From Schmidtea polychroa (lineage: Eukaryota), in assembly GCA_044892525.1 (NCBI GenBank), contig CM097886.1, forward strand, positions 103,912,001 to 103,976,000: DNA of 64,000 nucleotides, given 5' to 3'. Positions 26,361 to 40,435 of the stretch are shown piece after piece; position 1 is the first letter of the stretch; each line of letters opens with the position of its first letter. The position numbers and the translations under genes are program-made. The notes beneath the pieces are model-generated. The model worked only from the letters and a program-made list of their open reading frames with translations, was not told where the DNA came from and searched no databases.

Positions 26361-29300
26361 TAGAATATCTTCCATATCTTTCAGTGAGCCTATAGCTTAT
26401 AGTCAACGTTTACTTTAAGCTGCGCACGTATATGACCGCGCAGTAGTTTTGAAAGTCCCGCATAGTTATCACAATCTATTGCATACGTCAAAAATGTTCA
26501 GATCAAACCAAATTTTTACTATTTGAATTGAATTTGAATTTTCTAAAATATAAACAGAAAAGAAATTCAAAAATAACATTAACTACGAATTTTAAGTCAC
26601 CAAATTTTATCAGTGTTAAAATGATGTTGGACTTGTACATTTGGTGATTTGGCCTGTTCAGCCTTTTGGTTTTTCATGTAGAGACTCTCTCGTCCTAGAG
26701 AGAAAATTGCCTATAACTGAAAATGAATGAATACCTAGTTAAATTATTTAATAAATTATTACTCGATTTGAGAAAGGACTNNNNNNNNNNNNNNNNNNNN
26801 NNNNNNNNNNNNNNNNNNNNNNNNNNNNNNNNNNNNNNNNNNNNNNNNNNNNNNNNNNNNNNNNNNNNNNNNNNNNNNNNNNNNNNNNNNNNNNNNNNNN
26901 NNNNNNNNNNNNNNNNATTAAAACAACATATGTGGTGCAATTAAACGGTATTTCATTCGAAAAAAAAAGAAAATTACTAATATTGATCTTTTACCAGACA
27001 TTATTAGAAAAGTCACCTTAATTTCTGTCAACTACAAATGAACTTTATACAGAAGGCTGAAAAAAATTAGTCATCTGTTAAACTAATATGACATCTTTTT
27101 AAATCGTTCTGAAACTGCAAATTTCAATTCAACAAATGTCAATCAAACTTCAATCACTTCAAGGCGTGATTGGACAAAAAGGAATCAATTATTGAAATAT
27201 TTTTAAAATTAAAAAAATCTTATTTTAAATTATTTAATAAACATATTTATTGCTTGTGCAAAATAAGAATATTGACTTTTATTTTCTCAAAAAAATCGGT
27301 AAAATTTTCGGTAATTTATCATTTCATTTCTTCAGTAAACATTAGAAAATATTAGAAAATAGAAACATTACAGGCATTTTTGGCTCGATTAATTGTTGGA
27401 TTGATAATTAAATTTTTTAATTAAAAGTTACTTGATGATGGAATTGTGTTTAAAACTAATTGAAATTTGATAAACTATTTATCACTTGATTCCAGCATTA
27501 TTTTGAAATTTTCTTAAATATTTCGAGATTTGATAATATAAAATAAACCTTATGGTATGGATGTCGAACTTAGCTGCTACAGTTGGCGGCATGTAGTTTA
27601 ATGATACAACTGAACAAATGAACAGGCTGTAGGCAGCAGGCTGAACAAATGAGCTTGAAACTTTATTGTCAGTGTAAGGATAAATTATTTCCTAAATGAC
27701 ATTTGAAAAAGTAGTGCCGCTAATTTGTATTAAATAGAAAACATTAATCTATTATCGAAAACTTAATGAAGATAAACGAGTGATTTAAAATTTATAAATT
27801 TTAAAAAGTTTAAAAATTTAAAATATACTCGACTATTTTTGTTTGGAAAGAACAGTTATAAAAAACAAAACAAGAAAGATATTCAGTTGGAAAGATTGCA
27901 ACATCAAATAGGATGCGTATTAGATTAAAAAGAAATGTTTAACAAAAAATATCTTTGAAAATATTTATGGGTTGAACTTAAAATGCTTACTCATTTAATG
28001 TATATCATTTACTNNNNNNNNNNNNNNNNNNNNNNNNNNNNNNNNNNNNNNNNNNNNNNNNNNNNNNNNNNNNNNNNNNNNNNNNNNNNNNNNNNNNNNN
28101 NNNNNNNNNNNNNNNNNNNNNNNNNNNNNNNNNNNNNNNNNGAAATATGAAATAAACAATTATTGATGTAACTCCAAGGGTTTTACATCTGGTAACAACA
28201 AAAACTAATTCCAGACAATATAAACTTTTATTGATTAACAACAATGATTATACAATTGCAACGACACCAAATGTTCAGCATCAAAATCAATTGCTATAGA
28301 GAGCTTATTACAAACTTCGAGATGAATAGTACTTTTATAACGATTTCAGATACACGACAGCTCAACTACTACTGCCGACAATAGATAAAATTGATGTGGC
28401 TGCTTTCTTATTTTGACTTGTGTGCTTCAAAACTTTAATATTAATTTTATTCAGAATACTCGTTACAATTTTGTAGACAAGCCTCTTTTCTTCTCTTTCT
28501 TTATCGTTCATTTTATTTATCTATGATTCTAATTTTCAACTTCTAGGTATAAATTTCTGTTTTTCAGTTTATGTTTGTGATTTTTATAGTTTGTTAGTTG
28601 CCGGAAGTTGGAGATAACTTTAAGTTTTTCAATTTTTGCCTTCAATTTATGTTAGCTCAGACAGCTATCGAGATATAAATCACCAATCGATTCTCTCTTT
28701 ATTTTTTCCTCTTCTTTTGCTCACTTCAATAATTATTTAATTTTATAATTTGCGTANNNNNNNNNNNNNNNNNNNNNNNNNNNNNNNNNNNNNNNNNNNN
28801 NNNNNNNNNNNNNNNNNNNNNNNNNNNNNNNNNNNNNNNNNNNNNNNNNNNNNNNNNNNNNNNNNNNNNNNNNNNNNNNNNNNNNNNNNNNNNNNNNNNN
28901 NNNNNNNNNNNNNNNNNNNNNNNNNNNNNNNNNNNNNNNNNNNNNNNNNNNNNNNNNNNNNNNNNNNNNNNNNNNNNNNNNNNNNNNNNAATCTAAATTA
29001 ATTTTATTTATATATAATTACCTTTCAACTTATTTTAATGACTTTAATTTTTGTACGAAAAATAAAATAAAAAATAAATTCTGTTGTAAAATGATAAAAA
29101 AAAATTTCTTCAAAAACATTCTTAGTGAATTTCAAGCGAAATCTTTCCATTTATTTGTTTGTCTTCGAGCAAAATTTGTTATTTCTATGCACTATCTGTT
29201 TTAACCCGTAAGGTAAAATTTTCTTGCTTGAAGTTTTTATGAATTAATTAAATGATATAATAAAGCCAAGATAAAGTAATTACTTAAATAATTTAGGAAT

Positions 29301-29622
29301 TATTGAAAAATAATAAATTTGAAAATGAATTAACTGATTTTCAATAATTTATATAAAATTATATTTCATTGAATTTTAATATTTCTAGTCCCACAATTTT
29401 AGAATAAAGATTGTTCACAAGAACAAAAGTTTCAATATGTATAATTTATTTGAAAATAGAGGCTTTCTAAACTATTCCAAACTAAAATGGGAAATAAAAC
29501 TCGCCTGAAATATCACAATTATATAATTATCCAATGCTTCTATTTATTCCTAATGAGATACAATATTAATAAATAGCGAGATTCGAAATAAAGACCAAGA
29601 AGGATATGAAGGACCGTATACG

Positions 29623-30268
29623 TAAAATGACCAGATTTTTAGATGGGCAAAGCGGGAAAACTTTGAAGGAGGGGGGGGGGGTAATAACAAAAATGTTCAT
29701 ATAGAATAAAAATAATATTTTTTGATTTTTAACATAAGTACAATTTATAAATATAAAAAGTTGTATAATAATATTTTATTGCTTGACATATTTTTTATTT
29801 GAGTGAATTTCTTTCAGTAGATTGTTGTCATTTTTTTAAATATTGTAAAAATCTTCACCAGAATTTGTCAAATTATGTTTGACACTTAAAATGGCTTTCA
29901 AAGTTTCAACACTTAATTTTGATTTTTCTGATGTCCACGCTTGATTTACTGTAAAGAAAACGCGTATAAATATAAATAAATAAATTACATTAATTTTCTA
30001 TGGTAAGTAGCAGATTTGTAATATTTATTTGTTTAATTAGCTTCCTAGCATGCAGCACGAACACGAAGTGTATCATCTGAGAAACAAATACAATATAACT
30101 GGGTAAGAAAAGCAATCTGTTAGTCTTAGTAGTTCGTAGGATTCTTAGAATGCAAAACAATGATTTTCATAAATATAAAATTTAATTTAATTCTAAAAGT
30201 CGGGACTTTTGAAAAGAGTTTCGGGACGCGGGATAAATCGTGAAAAATTGGGACGTCTGGTCACCTTA
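29623..30268 (-). mobile_element. Internally deleted hAT element (646 bp)
   Basis: Ends TAAAATGACCAG ... CTGGTCACCTTA; perfect 8-bp TSD CGTATACG (29615-29622 / 30269-30276); retains hAT dimerisation-domain remnant RVFFTVNQAWTSEKSKLSVETLKAILSVKHNF (~29965-29870, minus). Confidence 0.85.
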
Positions 30269-31389
30269 CGTATACGATAATAAAGAAAATCCACGAATAA
30301 AGGCACCTCTTAGAAGACAAAGAGAGAAATGGTAATAAGAAATATCGAGATGAAAGATTTTAAAAGGTTGAAGAGAAAAAGTGAAAAATCATAGTTTAAA
30401 ATCTTAAAATCTCAAAAAGGTTATTTAAATCTAAATTAAGGATTGTTTGCTGAAATTTTAATTTTAATGATTTATCAATTTTAGTTTATTGTTAATGCAT
30501 GAATTTTGATATTTTGATTTTAAAGAGTATTATTCCGTGTGCATCAGAAACAACTGTAGTTTCCTTTCTTCGTGAATATATTATAGCAGATTTTGATAGC
30601 AACCGCCTTGTTCTGAGGATAACAGTTGAAAATACTTATTCAAACACCATGATAAGTGAAAGGTTGATGGGAAAATGGATACATCGAAAATTCAGACATA
30701 ATCTTAAGGGAATCTTTCCTCAAAAATCCTAAAATATTTTGAAAATATTAAAATTCTTTTGAAATGAAAGTCAAAATCTCAAATATTTAGACAACCTTTA
30801 AACTAATTAGATATAATAATGTAATATCTGAAATGATAATTAGATATCTTAGACTATTCTCGTCGATCTTATCAAATTTCTTTTAAATCCTGCTTTAATA
30901 ATTTAAGCATCACATATTTTCTATAGTAAATATAAATTTTTATCAAAATTCCATCATTTTTGATGATTTAAATTCATATGCAACTCAGATGCAGTTGAGC
31001 TGCATCTCCTTTAATATTATTGTAGCAGGTATATTTTTACTATAGTTAATTTTAAAATATTAAATTTCATATTTTTTGTTTACTTCATATTTAACTTCTA
31101 TTTAACTCTCGTTAGTTCCTCATTCTAATGGAAACTATGGGTGTTAATGGTCACTTTCGATCAATGAATAGTTTATTTATTAAAAGTTCATAATATGTCA
31201 TTTTTCTTTTTTACATTTGTATTTCAGTATCTTACAATTACAAAACAAGAACTTAAGTATTTATTTTCACAATATTAGACATTATGTTTATGGTCAAAAT
31301 GACCACAAAAAACAATATGAAGTTTAAGGAAGTGTTTTTCAATATTTATTTGTTTTGATATTTTTCTTATATTTGAAAATCAGAGGCAT

Positions 31390-32195
31390 GTTGAGCCGTT
31401 TTTGCATTATATGAATAGTCTACATAAAAACATTGTATTCACATGTGAAACGAAGAAAAAATCATCACTTGCTTTCTTGGATCTGTTAATGAGACTATGA
31501 GACAGAGATATATAGAAAACCAACTGATACTGGTCTCTATACTTCATCTGATAGCTTTTGTGAATTCAAGTATAAAAGAAATATGGTAAAAGGGTTGATT
31601 TATCGTTCATGGTCTTTGTCTTCTACTTTTCAAAATTCGGTAAAATCTGTTGACAAATTGGTTGAATTGTTAATGAAGAATGGTTATTCAAAATCCTTTT
31701 TAGTAATTATGGTAAAAGAGACTGTTGATAAATTTAATAAAAATCCTAAGGATCTATGTTTAAGAAAATCTGGGTGTGATGTTGTTGAGGTGTGTGAGTC
31801 TGATGAGTTAAATAAATTAAATAGTGTGAGAAAGGATAATGAGCCTAAATTAGTATTGCCGTACTCAGAAGGTTTTAAGGATTATAAAGTGAAGATAAGA
31901 AAGCAGTTAAGGAATTTAAACTATAGGATAGTGTCAGCATAATGGAAAGTACGCAATGTTTATTAATAAGTCTGAATCTCCGGTCGAATTATGTTCCGAT
32001 CTCGTTTATCAGTTTACATGTAATGGGCGTACATGTAATGCCACATACATTGGAGAGACTTCCCGTCATCTCTGTATTCGAGCTCGAGAACATTATAGAC
32101 CGAAGGCTTTGACCCATATTAGTGAACACAATAAGGGCTGTAAGAGTCAAATAGGTATGTCTGATTTTCAAAAATATCATCAGTCATACTAAAAC
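31390..32195 (+). mobile_element. Penelope-like retroelement 3' fragment (RT C-terminus/thumb + GIY-YIG endonuclease), degenerate
   Basis: FLHYMNSLHKNIVFTCE..LAFLDL; IYRKPTDTGLY; MVKGLIYRS..LLMKNGYSKSFL (ORF 31583-31942); LVYQFTC..TYIGETSRHLCIRAREH (ORF 31956-32192). Confidence 0.85.
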
Positions 32196-33308
32196 TAAGA
32201 CAGATGGGAATTGTTTAAAAAAAAATTTGAAAAAGTTCCATGTCAAAGACTTCATAACTCATCCTATGACTCTATTATCTTTGTTCGGCAAATTATGACT
32301 CATTTCCTTTGTTGGTCTATATGACTCATATCTACCTACATTATATTGAATTCCGTATTCCGCTAACTTCTTGAATCTAGTTGAAGTTAATAGTTATTTA
32401 AAATTTTAACTATTTATTTAAAAATTAATTCATCAAAAATAATGAAATAAAAATATTAAAAAATTGTTATATAGCTCCTAGAAATTCAAAAAGACCCTTG
32501 TAGACAAATAAAGTTTCTTTCGACATTTTTTCTTTAAAGATTTAGTGATGATTTTTTGAAGCATTGTCCTTTTGTTTATGCTTTTTTATTATGAACCAAA
32601 ACAAATAATTAAATCAACTTCTAAAAACATTTTAAATTTATTAAATTAAAACCGATTTTAGCATGTTGACGGCATGAGAACCAGACAAAATTTAATTGAA
32701 AAAAAAATAATATTAAAAAACAAAATCGGTTATTTATTTACTAGTAATAAATTAGATAATTATGAACAAAAATCAATAAATAAACAAAAAATAAAATTCA
32801 AAACAATTATTATTTAGGTGAGTCATTTGTGAATAGATTACAGAAAACAAAAAAAAATTCAATCGAAATCTCATTCTGTTTTTGATATAATAATAAAAAT
32901 ATTTTTTTAAATTTTTCAGATATAATTAAAAATTCCTCCTTCGATTGATAGAGATCTTAATCTCTGTGAATACGGGTTTGTTTACTTGGATATTGTTGTT
33001 TGAACAATTAGAGCAATTAGGAATATCATGCACTGTAATTGTAAATTCTGCCATAAAGACTGAAAGAAATATACTTATAAAAAATACTACACAAATAAAG
33101 TTTTCTTTAGTAAAATAAAAGTCGAAATCAAAATGTAATTAGAAAGAAAATGACAAAATTAGGATTTAATAATTTGTCAGTAACAAACTTTGCTTAATAA
33201 AATAAATTCAAGAGCTTTGAAAATATTCAAAATTCATGGAGTTCTTTTAAAAGACTTCTAAGATATATTTAAAGATATTATTGTATATTCGTATGTTTTT
33301 GGTATGTT

Positions 33309-34830
33309 CTGGGATGCTACCCGAGCGGGTACGTGTATTTAATTCGGATAGCGGGTAATTATTATCGGGTAACGGAACCCGAATTCGGGTAATATTCAAA
33401 TAAATTCATTTTTTATTCATTAAAACAAAGGGAGCATTGTATCAAAGTTATCTTGATCATTTTCAATAAGAACTAAATTATGATTATATCTCAAAAATAA
33501 AATATCATCAACAAGATTTGATGAAAGATTATGAATATGTTTATGAAAATTAAAATATCTTTCAACAGCTGCTTCACTTATAGAAATTCCAGAAATTTTA
33601 TGATTCAAAAATAATTGCAATCTTTTAGGAATGTTCGCATGAGGATTGAATTCAATATCAGCTGCATCTTGATTAAATTCAGGAATGTTCAATGAATTAA
33701 GCCATCTAGATAGAATAGAGTAATCATTATCATTTAACAGTTTTTTTTCATTTACAAATTGAATCAATGTAATAATAGGATTCGCAATTAAAGGAATTCT
33801 TTTTTCAATAATTTGCATCCATGAATTTCTTTCAGATTTACGAATTTGCGTAATCACACCTTCAAATATTTTATGAAATTCAATCCAATTTGAACCATCT
33901 TTTTAAGCATAATTTAGAGCATTAATAATTGGCTCTATCGTGGTGATAGCATTTTGAATTCTGTGAATCAATTCTTCATTATAATTTGAATTTTGTTCAA
34001 TTAATTTCAAAAGTTCAATTAGTTTATCAAAGACACTATTCCAACGTATTTCACAGTATCTTGATATCGTTCCATTATTGATGAATTCTAGCAAAATACT
34101 CAATGAGTTTCTCAACATTTCTACTTCTTTAAATGAATCTTTTATAAAAGTTCAAAATATGAGCTGCTAAAGGAAAAATTGTAGGATTCAAGTTGTAGCA
34201 GCTATCATATTTCTGGCATTATCAGTAACGATAGCAATAATTGTAATTTCATACATACTCAAAAATTGAATTACTTCAAAAACACAATTTGAAATTGTAT
34301 CTGCGGTTGAATCATGGATTTGGAAGCTTTTGAAGAACACAGTAATTGATGGTCGATCGCCAAAGAAAAATATTAAAGATAGATGTTTGTCATTTGAAAC
34401 TTGGTTTTTCCATCCATCTAACGCTAAATTTATCCATTGTTCTCTATTTTTAGAAAACAAAAATTCACATTTCTCTCTAGCCATTCAAATAATTTCACTT
34501 CTAACAATCTCTCGAAATTTTTGGAAGATTGAAACCTTTTGAAATTATGGGATCTTCCAAAATTTGCAATGGAAGTACGTTTCGACTTGAACTAAGAGTT
34601 AATACATATCTTTCAATTAGAGACATAATTGATATTGTACTCTCAGAAGAATTTTGAAAATTGAATTTGAGTAGGCTAGGTTGATTAGAAGATATTGAAC
34701 ATTTAGACTTCTCTTTTGCTTCAAGAACTTCAGGATGCTTGCTTTTTAAATGTCTCAAAAGATAGCTTGTTCCTGTTTTCTTTCGATTATAAGAAAGTTT
34801 TGAAGAACATTTTGCATATAGCGACATCTA
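33309..34830 (-). mobile_element. Degenerate hAT (Ac/Tip100-like) element with BED-finger transposase
   Basis: BED finger (AKCSSKLSY..GTSYLLRHLKSKH), LALDGW, IVTDNARNM, AAHILN, IRWNS and ISEAAVERYF spread over four broken ORFs (33420-34827). End-like GGGATGC plus ACCCG/CGGGT subterminal words at 33309-33395. Confidence 0.85.
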
Positions 34831-35080
34831 GAACATTAGTTATAACAAAAATTGTGAATAATTAGACATTGGAGTCATTGTTTCAATGATTTCTTTATTA
34901 GTTTGTTTTGTTCTTTCCACTTTTAATAAAACCTCGATAAAATATTATATATGATGGATGGATAGAAAAAATATGGAATTTATTATTATTTCATTGAAAC
35001 AAGTGTAGTAATTTCGCTACTTATCATAATTTATAATGCGATTATTGACTTTTTGAATACTAAATAAATTCTTTTTTAAG

Positions 35081-35084
<4 letters not shown>

Positions 35085-35146
<62 letters not shown>
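35085..35146. repeat. (TA)n microsatellite (others 9545-9574, 37192-37266)
   Basis: Direct observation. Confidence 0.95.
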
Positions 35147-35153
<7 letters not shown>

Positions 35154-37187
35154 ATGAAGTTTTCGATGATACGTTCGTGCTACTTGTGTACTATCTATTT
35201 ATATGCTATCTTATGTAGGTTATTGAGTTTTTATTAAATCTTTTTATTAATGCTTGTGCAAAGGAGAAATATTGCAGAGCCCAGCCGAGTTACCAGTAAA
35301 TAAACTGTCTCGGGAGTGAATGAAAATGATTATTGGAAACTGTAAACCATTTAAACATTATAAGAGAATTAACTCAATGTATTTCTGTCCATGTCATAAG
35401 CGCATAAACTCTTTTGATTTTGTCTTCATTTTACTAACTAAGATTAAATGTTTAGTGTGACATAAATGTTTTTAGATTATTTGGCCAGAAATCTTTCAAC
35501 ATGTAGTGCACGGCCTTATAAATAATTTGCGGCGTTTAAAATATTAAACTTAATTTGACTTGTTTTGTTTTAATATTATAAGTAAACAAAGTTATTTTAA
35601 ATAATAAAAAATTGAATGTAAACTATTTACTCAAAATTTTAATTAATATCGAAGAACTTAATTATATTATAATTTAGGCACTGATTTTTCATGTATTATT
35701 TAAAATATCACTTAAAACACTGTCGACAATTTGTGTTAAAAGAAAACATTCAACTCTAATTGAAAGCTAAATAAAAACAAATAAAATTTAAAAAAAAATA
35801 GATCAAAGGTAAAAACAAATAAAATTAAAAAAAAAATAGATCAAAGGTAAAGAAGTAAAATATAAATGGCGCTACTGAAATATAAAAATTAAAAATCTAA
35901 TAGTAGGAACTCTAAATTTTTAAATAATTAAAATTATTAAAACATTTAAGACTTAGAGTGATCGCCCGCAATTTATATTCAGTAAAATAATTATCAAAAA
36001 TTCCAAAAATTATAGAAAATACTGTTAGGTTTTTTTTGCAAAATAAACAACATAATAAAATAAAAGAATAATTAAAAAATGTCAAAATGAAAATTTCATA
36101 TTTTCTAACAAATTCAACTCGGTTTTCTGATATTTACTTTTCTTTCGAGAAAATCCGATTTCTAATCATTCTCAATTATGACTTACTAACTCAAATGCCC
36201 TACCACCTTCAGGAGGGCATATAGTCAGATTAATTAAACGATATAATGTTAATTAATTGTGACATAATTATAAAAAAATATATTGTTCATGCCAATGTTC
36301 TTTCAGAATTATATTAGTCTAATCTAAGGTATTAAATTGCTATATTAAGTCTTTCAAAAATAAAATATTTAGATTAAAAATACTTGTCTGCTGCTAAAGA
36401 ACCTCTTAATTTTAATTCGGAATTAAAAATTTAAAAATAAAACAAATAATAAAATTTTATGATTAAATTGAATTAAACAAATTAAATATTTTATTTCTTT
36501 GTTCTGGTGCTTTTGTGCAATAATTTGTTTTGTATTAATATGTTTCATAGATTTATTGTGTACTTCTTTCACTTTCTAAAGAATGATCTATCACTATATT
36601 TATTCCAGGGTAGTAGTCTACCACCACGGTTTTTCTTGATAAGTAAAAAAATGTTTAAGTAGCAAATCATATAATAACCAAAATATTATGCCAGCAATTG
36701 GTAAATAATTAGGATTACAAATATATTATTAGTACACAGCCCAATCCGCTCATCATGCTTTGCAAATAGATTTTTGTAGGGCAGTATTATGATTGGAGGT
36801 CTCGATGTTATGTTAGTGCGCACTAGTATGTAAACGTCTGCACATCTACGTCATACAACGTCATACCAAGCGTCAAGCCAAAGATGGTACCTCGTAAGCA
36901 TAAAGCACTCTGCTCAAGGAAACGCCTCCTAGTCTATTGATCTATTCTAATTATCGCGTTCGTAAATAACTTCAAATTTTGATCCGACCAGCTCTGAATC
37001 TCATTAAAATGAGTCCCAGATGCTACTGCAGACTTCATAGTGGCATACTGACCCAGTTCTGCCTTTTAGTCATGTATTAATTTAACTATGATCGGTTATC
37101 CACTTATGAAATACGACTGGACCGAACAACGTCTGCTCTGTAAAATTTGCAATTATTTCTTTGGTGTCACCCCTCTGAGATAATGTC

Positions 37188-37267
<80 letters not shown>

Positions 37268-38083
37268 CAGATTATAAGGAAGATTTTAATTATAAGATTT
37301 TCATTCATTTGTGCAAAATAGGTAATAGGTTTATAAATAAGTATAAAATTCTGGTTGGATTGTGTTCAGATTTCGTTTATCAATTTACATGTAATGCTAT
37401 TCTCAAGTTCTTGAACAGTGTTGACTAAAGGGAAAAATAATATTAGTAAGTAAAATATGTATGTTTAATTTTTTTCTAAATTACCTGATGATGGCAAGAA
37501 AACTGTGGAAATATATTGTGTTGGGGGATGTTGGTGAAATATTAAATTAAAAAAAAATAATATTATTAATATATATAAAAAATAATAATTTTTTTTGGTA
37601 ATAGTAATTCAATCCAGTGGCGTCACTAGGGGGTGCGGAGTGAGGGCCGCACCGGATGACACTAATTTCTTAATTTGTCACCAAAATGAAAAAAAAAACA
37701 TTTATTTTTGTGAAATTTAAAAATTTTATCAATATCTCTAACATAGTTACGGTATACATAATATTTAAAGGAAATTAGGACAGGACAAAAAAAAGTTATT
37801 TTTAACGGATTTGTGGACCATTCGCTTAACTTGTGCGGTCAACACTCTTTTGCTGAAAATGCTTCATGTGTAACTTTTTTCAATTTGCAATGAATTCCAA
37901 ATGATGTAAATTTTAATGACTAAACTCAAATATAACCTTTTTTCCAAAACATTTCCTCTGCCACAATAAATTCTTCGCGAGAAACACCATTATTAAATAT
38001 ATTATCAATGATCCCTCAACTATTACCTTAATTTAATTTTGAAAATCACAGATTATTTTTCTGAACTTTTTTACTCCGACAAG

Positions 38084-38235
38084 CAACGTTCCCTCTAAGC
38101 TGCGCGAGTGCGCTCGCGCAGCACCTCCAACTACCCAGCGCAGTATATTTAATTCAACTGCTCATTTGTATTTAAAGGCTGCTCAGCGCAGCTGACTTTG
38201 CGCGCACTGCTGCTTATGGCTTAGAGGGAACATTG
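38084..38235. mobile_element. hAT-type MITE (152 bp)
   Basis: TIR CAACGTTCCCTCTAAGC / GCTTAGAGGGAACATTG; 8-bp TSD CCGACAAG / CCAACAAG (1 mismatch). Confidence 0.8.
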
Positions 38236-38753
38236 CCAACAAGCCGCTCAAAGCAGCAGTTGGTTACTTAGGGAGAATAATTATACGCTCAGATCGATTC
38301 CCCAAATTTCCTTCATGACTTGACAAGAATCTCCCATACGGGTGCCCGTGATGATGTGTCACGTTGTTAATGCACACGCCGGTCGGAACTTATAAGCAGG
38401 TGAGCCCCTGTGTTAGGACTACTCCCTGTAAGGTTCACTGTACGGGTTCTGGAGTGCCGTAGAAGGACTTACCTCATCTTGTTATTTGATCAATCTAGTA
38501 CGACCCTGGTCCAAAGGGACGATCTTACCTACTCAGTACTGAGATACTACAAAATACGTCAGGATCTAACTCAGACAAACTACTTAACAATGATAAAGCG
38601 CGAGACAGATATTAACAACATTTATTACATATGATGACAATACTTGAGTTTAGCAGATAATCAGCAGTCATGCCTTATAAACAGTTTATTTAGTTTCAGG
38701 GCGAAGATCATTTAGTCGCAAATGGTGTCGAAGGTATCCTTCAAATCTCCTGC

Positions 38754-39077
38754 TCACAAGGGCATTTCTTCCTCGGCTAACAGGGCATCGATATCTACCT
38801 GTAGCCACGGGTCTTCTGGGAGAGGAAGTGTCTCAGACGGAACAATTTGGTAAGTCTCTGTCTGTACTGGCAATTTCTTATCTGTCTCTACAGTGCTCCC
38901 AATCGTAAGATTTTCGTCCTCTTTCATCTGTGGCGGGGAGAACCACGTGTGCTCCAGTGTCTCAATACGCTTCTTGAGAATCCCGATGTGTTCCTGCAGC
39001 TTTTTGATGTCCGCATTTATATCAGAGCACAAAAAGCACGGTTTCGGCCTGCGTGGAGGTATATTTGGCTCTGACAT
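38754..39077 (-). CDS. Orphan 107-aa protein (MSEPNIPPRRPKPCFLC...), CxxC + coiled-coil-like segment + acidic tail
   Basis: Uninterrupted ORF in a GC-balanced island; TATAAAA (39134-39128) ~50 nt upstream of the ATG; AATAAA (38690-38685) ~65 nt after the stop. No family recognised. Confidence 0.45.
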   Translation of the reverse strand: MSEPNIPPRRPKPCFLCSDINADIKKLQEHIGILKKRIETLEHTWFSPPQMKEDENLTIGSTVETDKKLPVQTETYQIVPSETLPLPEDPWLQVDIDALLAEEEMPL

Positions 39078-39516
39078 TTCTGAATTAAAGATGATAAATA
39101 CCGATCGTAACAATAAGAACTTGGACGTTTTATATTGGCCTACCCTATCTTTCTCCTTTCGACGAAGTTTCGCTTTAGAGTCTAATCATATTCATTGTCG
39201 CAAGATAACACATTTCATATCGCATTTTAATGTTTAGGGTAAGACTGGATCAAGATAAAATGTTGAAGAACAAAAAAAATAGTTTAATTATTTCTGCATT
39301 CTAATTCAATAATTATATTAGTTATCATATGTGAGTTACATGTAGAGTGCATTTTGCGGTGATTTATGAGATTCTGTGATTACCGACGTTCTTTGAGGGT
39401 TGTTTCTATCTCTAGTTATTATGAAAATTGAAATGAGTTCTAACGTCTAAAATTTTAATTCATTGGGTACTGTTAGTTTCATTATAAAAATTTCACATAG
39501 TTCAGATAATTCTAAG

Positions 39517-39772
39517 CAGTGGCGTAACTAGTGGACGCAGGACCCTGCGTTGCGGGGGCCCACCAGCTATAGGGGGCCCAAAATTATTACTAAAAAAATA
39601 TTTACAATCATTTTCTGAAACTTTTTCCCCGCAGTTATATTTGCCTACAAACATAAAACTTTCATTGAATAGCGGCTGCTGTGAATAACTATGTATTAAA
39701 CTTTAACCGAAAAATTTAAGTGGAATTATTTTACATTGCGCGGGGGGCCAAAATTTTGAAGTTCCGCCACTG
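39517..39772. mobile_element. hAT-type MITE (256 bp)
   Basis: CAGTGGCGTAAC ... GTTCCGCCACTG; perfect 8-bp TSD ATTCTAAG. Confidence 0.85.
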
Positions 39773-39789
39773 ATTCTAAGGGCATTTAG

Positions 39790-40334
39790 ATTTCCACTTT
39801 ATCGTCAAATACTTATAAACAATTGATCACTGCCCGTCCGGAAACGGCTATAACTGAATTAGAGATTGTTTATATGAAAATACTGGGTGGACGTCCAGAA
39901 ATTATCGTGCGAATTAATTTATTTTGTTTATTCACGGTTATTTACAGTGGCATGATCGGAAGTTTTCAGCTAAACAATAGTTTGTGTATACATCTCGATT
40001 CGTGAGGACAGTAACCTAAGATCGCGATTGACGTTGACGATTCGAAAACTTTGTTTACTGGCTTAAATGATGTTGGACATTACAATATTATCACTACCGG
40101 ATGCGATGATTATTTACGAAATTTTTGATTCGTCTGTCGATTAGTCTATGACTTCTATTTGCGTGGAAATTTTTAACGATACTTGAACAAGAAAATGAAG
40201 CAGCGGGAAGAAAATTGGCTTCTAACTCATGTACCATTCCTACAACTATAGAAAACCGTGTATTCAGTTGACAGATTATAATAGGAATTTCCTACGAATT
40301 TTCCGATGGAATATTTTACGGAACTGTCTGAGGG
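39790..40334 (+). pseudogene. Possible decayed cadherin-repeat coding sequence, continuing at 54843-55150 beyond the giant insertion
   Basis: Broken-frame words FTVIYSGMIG, IAIDVDD, IQLTDYN.N..EFSDGIFYGTV(S)E and, after the element, DDLCENSNITY, resembling cadherin DxNDNxPxF..Y...V.E / A.D.D motifs. Requires frameshifts. Confidence 0.3.
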
Positions 40335-40435
40335 AGTAGGTAGATAGTAGCGCCCGGCAGCAATGACCCCCCCGGGGGGGGGGGGTTCTGCTGCCGTAAT
40401 TTTTTTGCTGCAACTTTTGATTACGCAATTTTTCA

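Noticed and set aside
11735-29001. ORFs containing X runs (11735, 11746, 26695, 26723, 28005, 28750)
   Set aside because: Artefacts of N gaps.
33903-33905. In-frame TAA at a position where Gln fits (LNYA*KDGS), suggesting a TAA=Gln genetic code
   Set aside because: The same element has TGA stops and frameshifts; a CAA-to-TAA mutation in a dead transposon is sufficient.
37485-37511. Hammerhead-like CTGATGA...GAAA
   Set aside because: Stem II does not pair and no stems I/III or cleavage triplet could be identified.
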